Notes: generated by a model not told the origin, from the letters alone. Numbered from the stretch's first letter, positions 1 through 10,095 are shown. The stretch is 64,000 nt of DNA from Syntrophorhabdaceae bacterium (GCA_963666485.2 CAXXUO010000002.1:256001-320000), one strand, 5' to 3'. Numbers and translations are program-made.

Positions 1-345
1 ATCGTAACGCCCGAGATAGCCTATACCCTTGTCGATGTCATGAAGGGCGTCATCAAGCACGGCACAGCGCGTGCTGCCGCAAAGATGCCCTATTATCTCG
101 CCGGGAAGACCGGGACCACGGATGATTTCCGGGACGCCTGGTTCATCGGCTTTTCACCGAACCTCCTGTGCGCGGTCTGGATAGGCTACGACAAGAAAAC
201 GAACCTCGGGGCCAAAGAGGCCGGCGGCACCGCGGCCCTGCCCATATGGATCGATTTCATGACAAAGGCCCTGCCCATGTACCCCAACATCGACTTCCCT
301 CCGCCAAAGGTGGACATAGAACCGAAAAGCAATGTGGGTAAATAG
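1..345 (+). CDS. Class A penicillin-binding protein (PBP1A family), C-terminal part, truncated by window start
   Basis: Frame is open from base 1. Contains AGKTGTTDDFRDAWFIGF (KTG transpeptidase motif) and VWIGYD...GGTAALPIW. Confidence 0.9.
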   Translation: MVTPEIAYTLVDVMKGVIKHGTARAAAKMPYYLAGKTGTTDDFRDAWFIGFSPNLLCAVWIGYDKKTNLGAKEAGGTAALPIWIDFMTKALPMYPNIDFPPPKVDIEPKSNVGK

Positions 346-397
346 TTAATAGGTAACGGGTAACGGTTGTAAACGAAAATTATAACATCATACCCGT

Positions 398-575
398 CGT
401 CATTCCCGCGAAGCGGGAATCCAGCGTCTTTGCTTTTCTAATCTTTATGTTTATTAGCCTTTTTGTATATAAGGCGCTTGGCTGATCTACCAGTCCAAGA
501 TGTCTGCACATTTCCAGATATTACCCAAAAAGAACAACTGAAAAAACACTGGATTCCCGCTTCGCGGGAATGACG
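398..575. repeat. Palindromic MITE/REP-like element, family A, copy 1
   Basis: CGTCATTCCCGCGAAGCGGGAATCCAG at 398-424 and its exact reverse complement at 549-575. The interior is homologous to the copy at 11329-11510. Confidence 0.85.
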
Positions 576-635
576 GAAGTTTTATAATATAGTCTTATCG
601 ACGACTTTGTGGCGCTTACGACTGAGAACCTGGAA

Positions 636-735
636 CCCTTACCCATTACTCCTTATCCATTACCATAACCCTTACCCCCTACGCCTTACCCATTACCTAG
701 TACCCATCGCCCCTTGCCTATTGCCTCTCGCCCGT
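636..735. repeat. Degenerate heptamer array (TTACCCA / CCCATCG / TTGCCTA type)
   Basis: Tandem TTACCCA-like units followed by CCCATCG/TTGCCTA units. Complementary TAATAGG/TAACGGG units lie at about 345-366. Confidence 0.6.
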
Positions 736-783
736 TTTTCGTTTATTTACATCCCCCCAATTTTGCCATATAGTATTCGAATC

Positions 784-1692
784 ATGGCTATCGAGATGAA
801 GCAAAGGGTCGCCCTGTTCGCGGCCGCTTCGGCGCTTATACTCGCCGCCGGCAAGATCGCAATCGGGCATTTTTCCGGGTCCATGGCCGTCGTTTCATCG
901 GGCGTCGACAGCCTTCTTGACGTCTTCATGTCCGCCATGAACTTTTATGCCATCAAGAAAGCGTCCGAGCCGGCCGATGAGTTGCATCAGTACGGCCACG
1001 GCAAGGCCGAGGACATAGCCGGGACCTTTCAATCGGTTGTCATCGTGGTGTCCGGGGTATACATCATCGCAAAATCGGTGCATGCGTATATCGACAAACA
1101 GCCTATCTCGTATACGTTCCTCGATTTCTTTATCATGTGCCTTTCCCTCGTGTTCAGCTTCGTTATATCGACAGCCCTCCTGTCGATCGGCAACCGCACC
1201 GGGTCGAACGCACTGCAGGCGGACGCCCTCCATTACCGCAGCGACCTGTACTCGAACTCGGGAGCGATAATCGCTATCATCCTCACCCGCTACACGGGCA
1301 TCACCGCTTTTGACCTCGTATTTGCCGTGATCGCCGGCATCATCATTCTCATCTCTGCCGTCCAGATATTCCGGAGGAGTTTTTCCGGGATCATGGATGC
1401 GCGCCTGTCGGATGAAGTGGAGCGCCAGATACGGGAGATCATCAGCGGAATGCAGTTCCCGCTCGCCGGTTTCCACAAACTCAGAACCCGCCAGGCCGGA
1501 AGCAGCAAGTACGTTGATTTTCACCTTCTTGCCTGCAGAAAACTCGACGTCGACGAGGCCCATACCCTTGCCCACAGGATAGAGAACAGGATCAGGATGT
1601 CGATCGAGGAGGTCGACGTCATCGTGCATGTGGAACCGTGCAAAGAAAGATGCGATCTTACGGAGATAACCTGTGTTTTCAAGAAACGATAG
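784..1692 (+). CDS. Cation diffusion facilitator (FieF-like) transporter
   Basis: Motifs SGVDSLLD, HQYGHGKAE, ADALHYRSD and C-terminal VIVHVEP. Start taken at ATG 784 because the upstream ORF extension is repeat-derived. Confidence 0.9.
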   Translation: MAIEMKQRVALFAAASALILAAGKIAIGHFSGSMAVVSSGVDSLLDVFMSAMNFYAIKKASEPADELHQYGHGKAEDIAGTFQSVVIVVSGVYIIAKSVHAYIDKQPISYTFLDFFIMCLSLVFSFVISTALLSIGNRTGSNALQADALHYRSDLYSNSGAIIAIILTRYTGITAFDLVFAVIAGIIILISAVQIFRRSFSGIMDARLSDEVERQIREIISGMQFPLAGFHKLRTRQAGSSKYVDFHLLACRKLDVDEAHTLAHRIENRIRMSIEEVDVIVHVEPCKERCDLTEITCVFKKR

Positions 1693-2380
1693 CCCCTCAG
1701 CGGCGCGAGTTGCCGGATGGAAAGCCGTACTGCTGGTTTTCCTCCTATTCCTGTCGGGGTGCGCAACCCAGCAGAAAGCTCAGTATGTCAAGCAGCAGGC
1801 CAACCCGCAGATGTACCAGCGTGTCGACCACATTCTTGCCCGGTCCCGGGCCGTTATCAATCCCTATCCCATCTACCGTTTCCAGTTTGCCGTTGTTAAA
1901 GACGATACGCCGAACGCCTGGGTAAATACGCAAAAAGGGATCCTCGTCGTGTCAACCGGCCTCTTGTCGATGTTCGACGACAACGAACTGTCCCTGATAC
2001 TCCTTCACGAAAATGCGCATGTCAAGTATGACCATGCCGCGAAGAACGCCCTTCTTTCCGACGTCACGTCCGCGGCATTCACGATAGGCGGCCTCTTCGT
2101 CCCGGGCGTCGGCTACGGTAATCTCCTCGTCAATCCCCTCGTCACAAGCGGCTACAGCCGGTCGCAGGAACTCGAGGCGGACAGGGATGTGGTGAACCAG
2201 TGCTACCTCATGGGCCTCAACCCGGACCAGTACGTTGCCGCCCTCGAAAAATTAAAGCAATACGCCGCGAGAAAAGGTGAGAGCTCCAACACGACCGGAC
2301 TTTTCGACACCCACCCCAACCTGCAATACAGGATAGACACGATCAACAGGATGACAGGAAGAAAGACAGGCGGGCAATAG
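1673..2380 (+). CDS. M48 family zinc metallopeptidase lipoprotein
   Basis: Lipobox LSGC, PNAW motif, HExxH (HENAH), YSRSQELEAD and THP motifs. Start codon uncertain. Confidence 0.8.
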   Translation: MFSRNDSPSAARVAGWKAVLLVFLLFLSGCATQQKAQYVKQQANPQMYQRVDHILARSRAVINPYPIYRFQFAVVKDDTPNAWVNTQKGILVVSTGLLSMFDDNELSLILLHENAHVKYDHAAKNALLSDVTSAAFTIGGLFVPGVGYGNLLVNPLVTSGYSRSQELEADRDVVNQCYLMGLNPDQYVAALEKLKQYAARKGESSNTTGLFDTHPNLQYRIDTINRMTGRKTGGQ

Positions 2381-2554
2381 GCTATAGGCAATAGGGCATT
2401 AAATTGCACTGGTCAGGATAAACGTTGACAACTACAGACTCATAAATGAAGAGTCACGGTCTTCCGGTTAAGATTGTTTCAGTGTAAGACACTCCAATCG
2501 CAGAGGGATATCAACTGCCACTCATTCATTGTCAAACCTTCCGGAAAAATGTGA

Positions 2555-2748
2555 GGGACGTCCTTAAGAAAGTAAGAAACTCCTCAAACAACTAAACGGA
2601 CCGCCCTGTCGTTATTATCCCCGGACCGGGTAATTCTAAGTTACTTACTTTCTTAAGGACGTCCCCTTTGCCTTTACTGTCGTTATTATCCCCGGACCGG
2701 GTAATTCTAAGTTACTTACTTTCTTAAGGACGTCCCCTTTGCCTTTAC
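2555..2748. repeat. 22-bp inverted repeat plus perfect 71-bp tandem duplication
   Basis: GGGACGTCCTTAAGAAAGTAAG at 2555-2576, with reverse complements at 2644-2665 and 2715-2736. The 71-bp unit 2606-2676 is repeated at 2677-2747. Confidence 0.85.
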
Positions 2749-2754
2749 AGTAAA

Positions 2755-2870
2755 GACAGGCGGGCGATGGGCGATGGGCGATAGGCAATAGGCGATGGGG
2801 CATTAAATGCCGGCATTGTTCCCGGTTTTCCCATCGCCCATCGCCCATCGCCCATCGCCCATCGCCTGTT
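2755..2870. repeat. Inverted heptamer arrays (GGCGATG)n / (CCCATCG)n
   Basis: GGCGATG/GGCAATA units at 2761-2800 face about five CCCATCG units at 2830-2866. A related array lies at 2365-2405. Confidence 0.8.
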
Positions 2871-2911
2871 TTATTTCTCCCTAATATCAATTACTTACAA
2901 CCATCTTCTCA

Positions 2912-2940
2912 TTGACAACCCCCTGACCTGACATTATAGA
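2912..2940 (+). promoter_or_regulatory. Putative sigma70 promoter of the RND operon
   Basis: TTGACA (2912-2917), 17-bp spacer, TATAGA (2935-2940). Confidence 0.55.
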
Positions 2941-2960
2941 CAGCTTAAGGTCTCACCGCC

Positions 2961-4553
2961 GTGTACTGCACGTTTGCCGGCGCCGGACACTTCTATAATG
3001 CGGGTGAAAATATTTCTATCCTGGAGAAAACATTTCTCTGGTTTTTTGCCGCCCTCGCACTGGCAGGATGCATCAAGGTGGGACCGGACTTTACCCGCCC
3101 GGATGCCCCGGTATCGGCTGGATGGCTGGAATCGGGCGACAACAGGATATCAGGAGCGGCGGTCGATTATCGTGCGTGGTGGCACGTCTTCAACGATCCC
3201 TCCCTCAACACCATCATTGACCTCGCCTACCGGCGTAATCTTACCCTCAAGGCCGCGGCGCTTCGCGTTATCGAGGCCCGGGCCCAGCTCGGCATATCGA
3301 TCGGGATGTTGTTCCCGCAGGACCAGCGCCTTATCGGCTCCTACCAGTTCAACCGGGTCAGCGAACGGGCCTTCCAGGCGGGCGCCCTTGCCCACCAGAG
3401 ATACGACCAGGCCGAGGTGGGCGTCACCGCCTCCTGGGAGATTGATTTCTGGGGCAAGTACAGGCGGAACATCGAATCCGCCAAAGACCAGTGGAAGGCA
3501 AGCCTCGCAGACTATGACAACGCGCTCGTGAGCCTCACCGCCGATGCGGCCACGTTCTATATCGCTATACGAACACTTGAAAAACGGATCGATGTCGCCC
3601 TGCAGAGCCTCGAGACACAGAAGGAGGGCCTCACCATAGCCGAGGCGCGCTACAACGCGGGTACCACGTCTTTGCGCGACGTAGAGCAGGCGCGGACCCA
3701 GCTCATGGATACGCAGGCCGCCATTCCCGTGCTGCAAAGCCAGCTCAGGCAGGCAAAGAATGCCTTGAGCGTGCTTTTGGGATCTCCCCCCGGCGACCTT
3801 GCAGACCTTCTTTCGGGTGCGTCCGGCATCCCGGCCCCGCCGCCGGAGGTGCCGCTCGGCATCCCTGCCGATCTCCTCAGGCGCCGCCCGGACATCCGCA
3901 GCGCCGAATACCAGGCCGCAAGCCAGAGCGCCAGGATCGGGGTCGCGAAGGCCGATCTTCTCCCGGCTTTTTCCCTGACGGGCATCTTCGAATTCGTTGC
4001 GACGGACGTCGGGAACGCCTCGACCGGTGACGTTTTCCAGTGGGGCAGCCGGCAATACACATGGGGGCCCGCGGGGGACTGGAAGGTCCTGAACTATGGA
4101 AGGCTCCTGAACGCAGTGCGTGTCGAAGACGCGAGATTCGAGCAGCTGGTCACCGCATACCAGAATACGGTCCTCAAAGCCCAGCAGGAGGTCGAAGACG
4201 CAGTCGCGGGGTTCTTAAGGTCACAGGAGCGGGCTGAATTCCTTGCCCGGAGCGTCGCATCGTCGAAGGTCTCGCTGGATATCGCCCATGCACAATACCG
4301 TGAGGGGGTCGCCGATTACACCACCGTCCTCGTTGCGCAGCAGGCGCTGCTCACCGGGCAGGACAACCTCGCAAGCACGCTCGGGGACGTTTCCCGCTAT
4401 CTGACCGCCGTCTACAGGGCCCTTGGCGGAGGCTGGCAAATACGGGAGAACTCGGACCTCGTGCCGGGGGACACAAAGGCTGCCATGGCAAAGCGAACCT
4501 ATTGGGGGGACCTCCTGGAGCCGGCAGTATACGTACCGCGCGACGGCCCCTGA
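2961..4553 (+). CDS. RND efflux outer-membrane lipoprotein (NodT/OprM family)
   Basis: Lipobox LAGC, ASWEIDFWG, DLLRRRPDIRSAE, VYRALGGGW. Exact start uncertain. Confidence 0.9.
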   Translation: MYCTFAGAGHFYNAGENISILEKTFLWFFAALALAGCIKVGPDFTRPDAPVSAGWLESGDNRISGAAVDYRAWWHVFNDPSLNTIIDLAYRRNLTLKAAALRVIEARAQLGISIGMLFPQDQRLIGSYQFNRVSERAFQAGALAHQRYDQAEVGVTASWEIDFWGKYRRNIESAKDQWKASLADYDNALVSLTADAATFYIAIRTLEKRIDVALQSLETQKEGLTIAEARYNAGTTSLRDVEQARTQLMDTQAAIPVLQSQLRQAKNALSVLLGSPPGDLADLLSGASGIPAPPPEVPLGIPADLLRRRPDIRSAEYQAASQSARIGVAKADLLPAFSLTGIFEFVATDVGNASTGDVFQWGSRQYTWGPAGDWKVLNYGRLLNAVRVEDARFEQLVTAYQNTVLKAQQEVEDAVAGFLRSQERAEFLARSVASSKVSLDIAHAQYREGVADYTTVLVAQQALLTGQDNLASTLGDVSRYLTAVYRALGGGWQIRENSDLVPGDTKAAMAKRTYWGDLLEPAVYVPRDGP

Positions 4554-4599
4554 CATTTGCCGCGGCGTGCTGCCGAAATATAGATCAAAGGCAGGAACA

Positions 4600-5775
4600 A
4601 TGAGAGGGACCGGGAATACAACGACACATCCGCAGGCCACGGCAAGGTTGATGCTGTGCCTTGTGTGCATTTTTCTGGTTGCCCCGGAGTGGGGATGCAG
4701 GAAGAAAACGCAGCAGATGGCGCCGCCTGCACCGCAGGTCACCGTCACGTCACCCCGGGCGCAGGAAATAACCGATTATCTCGATCTCACGGGAAACACC
4801 CAGGCCGTGCAGACGGTGCAATTGCGTGCGCGCGTGGCCGGCTATCTCCAGAAGGTCCTTTTTCAGGACGGCCAGGTCGTCAAGAAGAAACAGCGCCTGT
4901 TCGTCATCCAACAGGATACGTACCAGGCAAACTTAAGGCAGGCAGAAGCTGCAATCGAGCAGCAGAAGGCCCAGCTCGATTTTGCAACGGCCCAGTATGA
5001 AAGATATGCTGCCCTCGTCAAGCAGAAGGCCGCATCTCAATCGGATGTCGACAACTGGCGTTTCCAGCGGGACTCGGCCAAAGCAAACCTTCTCGCGGCG
5101 AAGGCCAAACGGGAGCTGGCCGCTCTCGACCTTGCCTACACGGAGGTAACGGCGCCCTTCGACGGCCGGATAGACAGGCGCCTTAGGGACCCCGGGAACC
5201 TCGTGGGGTCCGGTGAGACCACGGTGCTCGCCGAGATAAACCAGATAAATCCCATCTATGTCTATTTCACGGTGAGCGACACCGATCTCGCCCGGCTCAT
5301 GAAAGAGGCCAGGTGGGCCCCGGGACAGCTGAAAAACAGCGATTGGCCCGCCGAGCTCGGCCTGCCGACGGAAGATGGCTACCCTCACAGGGGAAAGCTC
5401 GATTTTGCATCCATCACCCTGACCGCCACCACGGGCACTCTCCTCATGCGCGGGGTCTTCACAAATCCTGACGGAAAGATAGTACCCGGCCTTTACGCCA
5501 GGATACGCATCCCCGTGAGGATGATGCGAGCGTACCTCGTACCGGAAGAAACCGTCGGGCGCGATCAGCGCGGTTCATACCTTCTTTCCGTCAACGGCCA
5601 GAATGTCGTGCAGCGCCTGGCCGTGAGAACGGGGCCGCAGGTGGGCAAGGAACGCGCCGTGATCGAAGGGCTTTCCGGGAACGAATTGATCATCGTGAAG
5701 GGCATGCAGAGGGCCATTCCCGGGAAAAAGGTCACGCCCGAAAAGCAGGGATCGGACAATAAGGGTACGCCGTGA
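4600..5775 (+). CDS. RND efflux periplasmic adaptor (MFP subunit)
   Basis: VQLRARVAGYL, coiled hairpin, TEVTAPFDGRI, PGNLV. Overlaps the next gene (GTGA). Confidence 0.9.
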   Translation: MRGTGNTTTHPQATARLMLCLVCIFLVAPEWGCRKKTQQMAPPAPQVTVTSPRAQEITDYLDLTGNTQAVQTVQLRARVAGYLQKVLFQDGQVVKKKQRLFVIQQDTYQANLRQAEAAIEQQKAQLDFATAQYERYAALVKQKAASQSDVDNWRFQRDSAKANLLAAKAKRELAALDLAYTEVTAPFDGRIDRRLRDPGNLVGSGETTVLAEINQINPIYVYFTVSDTDLARLMKEARWAPGQLKNSDWPAELGLPTEDGYPHRGKLDFASITLTATTGTLLMRGVFTNPDGKIVPGLYARIRIPVRMMRAYLVPEETVGRDQRGSYLLSVNGQNVVQRLAVRTGPQVGKERAVIEGLSGNELIIVKGMQRAIPGKKVTPEKQGSDNKGTP

Positions 5776-8700
5776 TCTCGAAATTCTTCATTGAGCGCCC
5801 TATTCTCGCGAACGTTCTCGCAGTCGTTACCATCATCGTCGGCCTCGTGAGCTACCGCCAGCTGCCCGTCGAACAGTATCCCCCGATCGTGCCTCCGACC
5901 ATCCAGATATCGGCCCGCTATCCCGGTGCCAGCGCCTCTGTCGTTGCGGAAACGATCGGCGTCCCCCTCGAACAGGCGGTCAACGGCATCGAGCATTCCA
6001 TTTACATGTCATCCACGAGTTCAAGCGATGGTTCGTATACCCTGACCGTCACGTTCGATGTCGGAACCGACCTCGACAAGTCTCTGTCGCTTGTCCAGAA
6101 CCAGGTCAATTCAGCCCTGGCCCAGCTTCCCGGCGGTTCGCAGGAACAGGGCATCAATGTCAGGAAGGTCTCCACAAACATACTCCTGGTCGTCAGCCTC
6201 TATTCGGACAACAACATGTTCGACGAGGCCTTCCTTTCAAACTACGGCATCATCAATATGCAGAACCCGCTGTCACGCGAGCCGGGTGTCGGCCAGGTCC
6301 GCGTCTTCGGGGCAGGCCCGTACAGCATGCGGGTATGGCTCGATCCGCAGAGGCTGAAAACATTCAACCTGACAACGAGCGACGTCCTGAATGTCATACG
6401 CGATCAGAACATCCAGGTCGTGTCCGGCCAGCTCGGCGCTCCCCCGGTCCCGGCCGACCAGGCGTTTCAGTTCACGATAAACAGCCTCGGGCGCCTGTCC
6501 GATGTCAGCCAGTTCGAAGAGATCATCGTAAAGAACGACCCCGGCAACGCCACCCAGTTCGTCCGGCTCAAGGACATAGCCCGCATAGACCTGGCCCAGC
6601 AAAATTATGCGAACTTTGCACGACTGGGCGGCCTCGACTCGGCACAGGTCATTATATTCGCCCTGCCCGAGGCAAACGCGATCCAGGTTGCCAACCACGT
6701 TTACGAAGCGGTCGAGCAGATGAGCAAGGACTTCCCGGAGGGCCTGAAATACTCGATCCGGTACGATACGACAAAGTTTGTCCGGGAATCGATATCGTCG
6801 GTCTATGAGACCCTTTTCGAGGCCGCCATCCTGGTCCTGATCGTTATCATGGTGTTTCTGCAAAGCACCCGGGCGCTTCTCGTTCCCGCCACCACCGTGC
6901 CCGTGACGATCGTCGGGGCCTTCGGCGCCATGTATGCCATGGGCTTTACCATAAACCTCATGACCCTTTTCGCCCTTGTCCTTGCCATCGGGATCGTGGT
7001 CGATGACGCGATCGTCATCGTCGAGAACAGCGCCTATTACATAGAGCGGGGTTTGAGCCCCAAAGACGCCGCCATCAAGGCCATGTCGGAGCTTACCGGG
7101 CCGGTGATGGGCATAACCACAGCACTGATCGCGGTGTTCCTGCCCGCGGCGTTTCTCCCGGGGATAACGGGGCAGATATACCGCCAATTCGCCCTTGTCA
7201 TCGCCGCAACATCCGTCATCAGCGCCATCAACGCCCTGACCCTCAAGCCTGCGCAGTGTGCCCTGTGGCTCAAGACACGATCGGACAAGGAACCGGGCTG
7301 GTTTTACCGGGGATTCAACCGGGCCTTCATTGCCGTCAAGGTGCCCTATATGGGAGTTGTAACGTGGATGGCGAAGCGACCCTGGCCCATGGTGGCCGTG
7401 TTCTTCATCATCATCGGCCTTGCTGCGTGGCAGTTCATTCGTGTGCCGACGGGTTTTCTTCCCACGGAAGACCAGGGTTATGCGGTATTGTTCGCCCGCC
7501 TGCCCGACGGTGCCGCCCAGCCGCGGGCCCGGGTGGTTTCCGAGAAGATGGGCACCGTGCTCCGAAATACCCCGGGTATAGCCAGCTGGGTCACCATCGG
7601 CGGCTACTCTTTCCTCGACGGGGCGAACATCTCGACAGTTTCCAGTACCTTCATCATATACGAGGACTGGAAAAAACGCGGTTCGGCATTGAGCCAGGAT
7701 AAACTCATCGCGCAGCTGAACAGGGACATGGCCCGGATAGAGGAGGCGGATATTTTTGTCATAATCCCACCGTCCATCCGCGGTCTCGGCCAGGCCGGCG
7801 GCTTCCAGATGGTTGTCGAAGACAGAAAGAGCCTCGGGTTCGAAGCGCTTCAGAAGGCGGCGAATGATCTCGTCGACGCGGCGCGGAAAGACCGGAACAT
7901 ACGAGGCCTGACGACAACATTCGACGTCAGAAGCCCGCAGCTTTATCTCGACATAGACAGGACGAAAGCGCAGTCCTTCCAGGTCCCCCTCAACAACGTC
8001 TTCGAAACTCTCCGCGGCTATCTCGGTTCGTCTTTCGTCAACCTCTTCAATAAGTTCAACCAGGTGTACCAGGTGTACATACAGGCAGGAGACAGGCACC
8101 GGTTGACGCCTGAGAACATAAAGAACCTTTACACCCGGAACACGCAGGGCGCGATGGTACCGCTTGGCAGCATCCTCGAGGTAAAGTACGTTCAAGGACC
8201 GGAGCTCGTCACCCGCTATAACCTTTACCCGGCCGCGACCATTTTTGGCTCTGCGGCCCCGGGGTTCAGTTCAGGCCAGGCCCTGGACCTCATGGAAAAG
8301 TTGGCGGGTGACACCCTTCCTTACGGCGTCGGGTATGACTGGACGGCGACGAGCTACCAGGAGCGCGGGGTCGGGTACGAGGCGTATTTCATATATTTCC
8401 TCTCGATAACCCTCGTTTTTATGGCGCTTGCGGCCCTGTACGAGAGCTGGGCGTCGCCGATGGCTGTCATCCTGGCCGTTCCCATGGCGCTCGTCGGCGT
8501 CCTTCTTGCAATTATGATCAGGGGCTTCGACAACAATCTTTATACACAGATCGGCCTCGTCCTCATGATCGCCCTTGCCAGCAAGAACGCCATCCTGGTC
8601 GTGGAATTCGCCCGGGACCTTCAAAAGGAAGGCATGCCGCTCGTCGAGGCGGCGATCGAGGCGACCAGCAGACGGTTTCGCCCCATCATGATGACATCGA

Positions 8701-8888
8701 TCGCCTTTATCCTGGGGGTCACCCCCCTGCTCTTCGCGCGCGGGGCCGGCGCGGCGAGCCAGGAAGCGATCGGCACCGTCGTGTTCGGCGGGATGATAGC
8801 ATCGACCCTTTTTGCCATGCCGTTCGTCCCGGTGTTTTATATAGCCATTGAGCGATTGACTGCCCGCCGGGGCAAAAACAAGATGTGA
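5772..8888 (+). CDS. RND efflux permease (HAE1/AcrB family)
   Basis: 1038 aa. FFIERPI, LPVEQYP, AIGIVVDDAIVIVEN, KNAILVVEFA, RFRPIMMTS. Confidence 0.95.
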   Translation: MISKFFIERPILANVLAVVTIIVGLVSYRQLPVEQYPPIVPPTIQISARYPGASASVVAETIGVPLEQAVNGIEHSIYMSSTSSSDGSYTLTVTFDVGTDLDKSLSLVQNQVNSALAQLPGGSQEQGINVRKVSTNILLVVSLYSDNNMFDEAFLSNYGIINMQNPLSREPGVGQVRVFGAGPYSMRVWLDPQRLKTFNLTTSDVLNVIRDQNIQVVSGQLGAPPVPADQAFQFTINSLGRLSDVSQFEEIIVKNDPGNATQFVRLKDIARIDLAQQNYANFARLGGLDSAQVIIFALPEANAIQVANHVYEAVEQMSKDFPEGLKYSIRYDTTKFVRESISSVYETLFEAAILVLIVIMVFLQSTRALLVPATTVPVTIVGAFGAMYAMGFTINLMTLFALVLAIGIVVDDAIVIVENSAYYIERGLSPKDAAIKAMSELTGPVMGITTALIAVFLPAAFLPGITGQIYRQFALVIAATSVISAINALTLKPAQCALWLKTRSDKEPGWFYRGFNRAFIAVKVPYMGVVTWMAKRPWPMVAVFFIIIGLAAWQFIRVPTGFLPTEDQGYAVLFARLPDGAAQPRARVVSEKMGTVLRNTPGIASWVTIGGYSFLDGANISTVSSTFIIYEDWKKRGSALSQDKLIAQLNRDMARIEEADIFVIIPPSIRGLGQAGGFQMVVEDRKSLGFEALQKAANDLVDAARKDRNIRGLTTTFDVRSPQLYLDIDRTKAQSFQVPLNNVFETLRGYLGSSFVNLFNKFNQVYQVYIQAGDRHRLTPENIKNLYTRNTQGAMVPLGSILEVKYVQGPELVTRYNLYPAATIFGSAAPGFSSGQALDLMEKLAGDTLPYGVGYDWTATSYQERGVGYEAYFIYFLSITLVFMALAALYESWASPMAVILAVPMALVGVLLAIMIRGFDNNLYTQIGLVLMIALASKNAILVVEFARDLQKEGMPLVEAAIEATSRRFRPIMMTSIAFILGVTPLLFARGAGAASQEAIGTVVFGGMIASTLFAMPFVPVFYIAIERLTARRGKNKM

Positions 8889-8988
8889 GCGTTAGAAACG
8901 CGTGGAATATCCGAGCCAGAGAAAGAATGCGATGGCTGCAATATGCAGTATCCACCAGTTCACCGAGAATATCCTGAATAGACCCATA

Positions 8989-9486
8989 TCAGCTCCTCAA
9001 AAGATGTCCGGCATAATAGACTGCAGCCACCGAAACCAGGTGGACCCACCACCAGCCGAGGTTGGGATAGCGGTACGATATGCCTTTCTTTTCGACGGCC
9101 TTGTTGTAGCCGAAAACCTCGCAATCGAACAGTGCCTTCCCGACAAAGAACTTGCCCCATAATATGAGGATATCGGGAAGGGTCGTCTTGAGAAGTATGC
9201 CGGCCGGCGTCAGCGGCGCCGGCAGGTGCGCAAGGCTGAAGTGAGCCATCGTCACCGTCCCTATGATCGTGATGAACCCGTTGACGACATATCCGTAATG
9301 GATCGTTTCCTTCCGCAGGAAAAGCAGGGGAACGATGATAATACTCACGATACCGGTCACGAAGTTGGTAAGAAATGACATGTTCTCTGTAAAAGGGTGG
9401 ATGCGCATGTGAAGGAGGAAACCGCCAAGGGCCATAACGACAAGCGCGGTCAGGCAGAGGGACCTTATATAACTTCTTACCGTCAT
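8989..9486 (-). CDS. Hypothetical integral membrane protein
   Basis: 165 aa with several hydrophobic segments. Purine-rich RBS (AAAGGGGG); directly follows the thioredoxin-like gene. Confidence 0.7.
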   Translation of the reverse strand: MTVRSYIRSLCLTALVVMALGGFLLHMRIHPFTENMSFLTNFVTGIVSIIIVPLLFLRKETIHYGYVVNGFITIIGTVTMAHFSLAHLPAPLTPAGILLKTTLPDILILWGKFFVGKALFDCEVFGYNKAVEKKGISYRYPNLGWWWVHLVSVAAVYYAGHLLRS

Positions 9487-9525
9487 ACTATTCCCCCTTT
9501 CCTGCCCATCACTGACCCCCCGGGA

Positions 9526-10095
9526 TCACGGTAATAAACTATACGGTTCGGACCGCTCGACCCATTCGCTTGAAGGATGCTCCGCTTTCAGTTTGTTATG
9601 GATGGCCTTCAGGTGCTGCGTATCGTGCGTGATCTCGAAATTGGCAACCCCGTGCCAGTATATCGCTTCGGGAACGGCCCTGGATCCAGAATATTCCCTC
9701 ATCAGATTTTCTGCAAGATTAATCGCCTCACGGTATTCCTTTGCATCGAATTTCGCCTTGAGCATCCCGAGAAGCAAAGAGGGGATGAATTCTTTCGGGG
9801 GAATAAAACCGACCGTGCGGTTATGTTCTTTGCCGTTCTCGTCGAGAATTATGACAACCGGGGTCCACTGGATAGTGAAATCGTCTGCATACGGCTTCGC
9901 ATCGGCGAGCATCTGGACGGGGACCAGGTTCGTATTGATAAAATCGGCCACTTTTTGATCGGGGTACGTAACTGCACCCATCTGTTTGCACCCGATTCAG
10001 ACCGGGCTGAAAAAGTCGAGCAATACGAGTTTCTTTTCTTCCTTTGCCCGGCGAAGGGCATCCTCCAAACTACGCAGCCATCGGACCTCTGCCAT
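9526..10095 (-). CDS. Thioredoxin-fold selenoprotein (UxxC) with C-terminal TPR-like helical region
   Basis: RBS AAGGAGG, then ATG 10095. Reads ...LVLLDFFSPV-TGA(9997-9999)-IGCKQMGAVTYP in one frame, so TGA occupies the first Cys position of a CxxC motif. Also WTP cis-Pro motif. Confidence 0.85.
9958..9996 (-). promoter_or_regulatory. Candidate bacterial SECIS hairpin
   Basis: Immediately 3' of the in-frame UGA, AUCGGG-UGC...GUA-C-CCCGAU can pair, with a G-rich apex. Folded by eye only. Confidence 0.45.

Noticed and set aside
607..783. N-terminal extension of the CDF ORF (PYPL-rich)
   Set aside because: It is the translation of heptamer repeats. Family similarity starts at ATG 784.
2606..2747. 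71-bp direct repeats as CRISPR or IS ends
   Set aside because: Only two contiguous copies, with no spacer and no transposase.
6273..8195. 640-aa minus-strand ORF and similar long shadow ORFs (e.g. 12589-13923, 20431-21654, 27874-28899)
   Set aside because: They are antisense to well-supported genes and have no recognisable motifs, as expected in GC-rich DNA.
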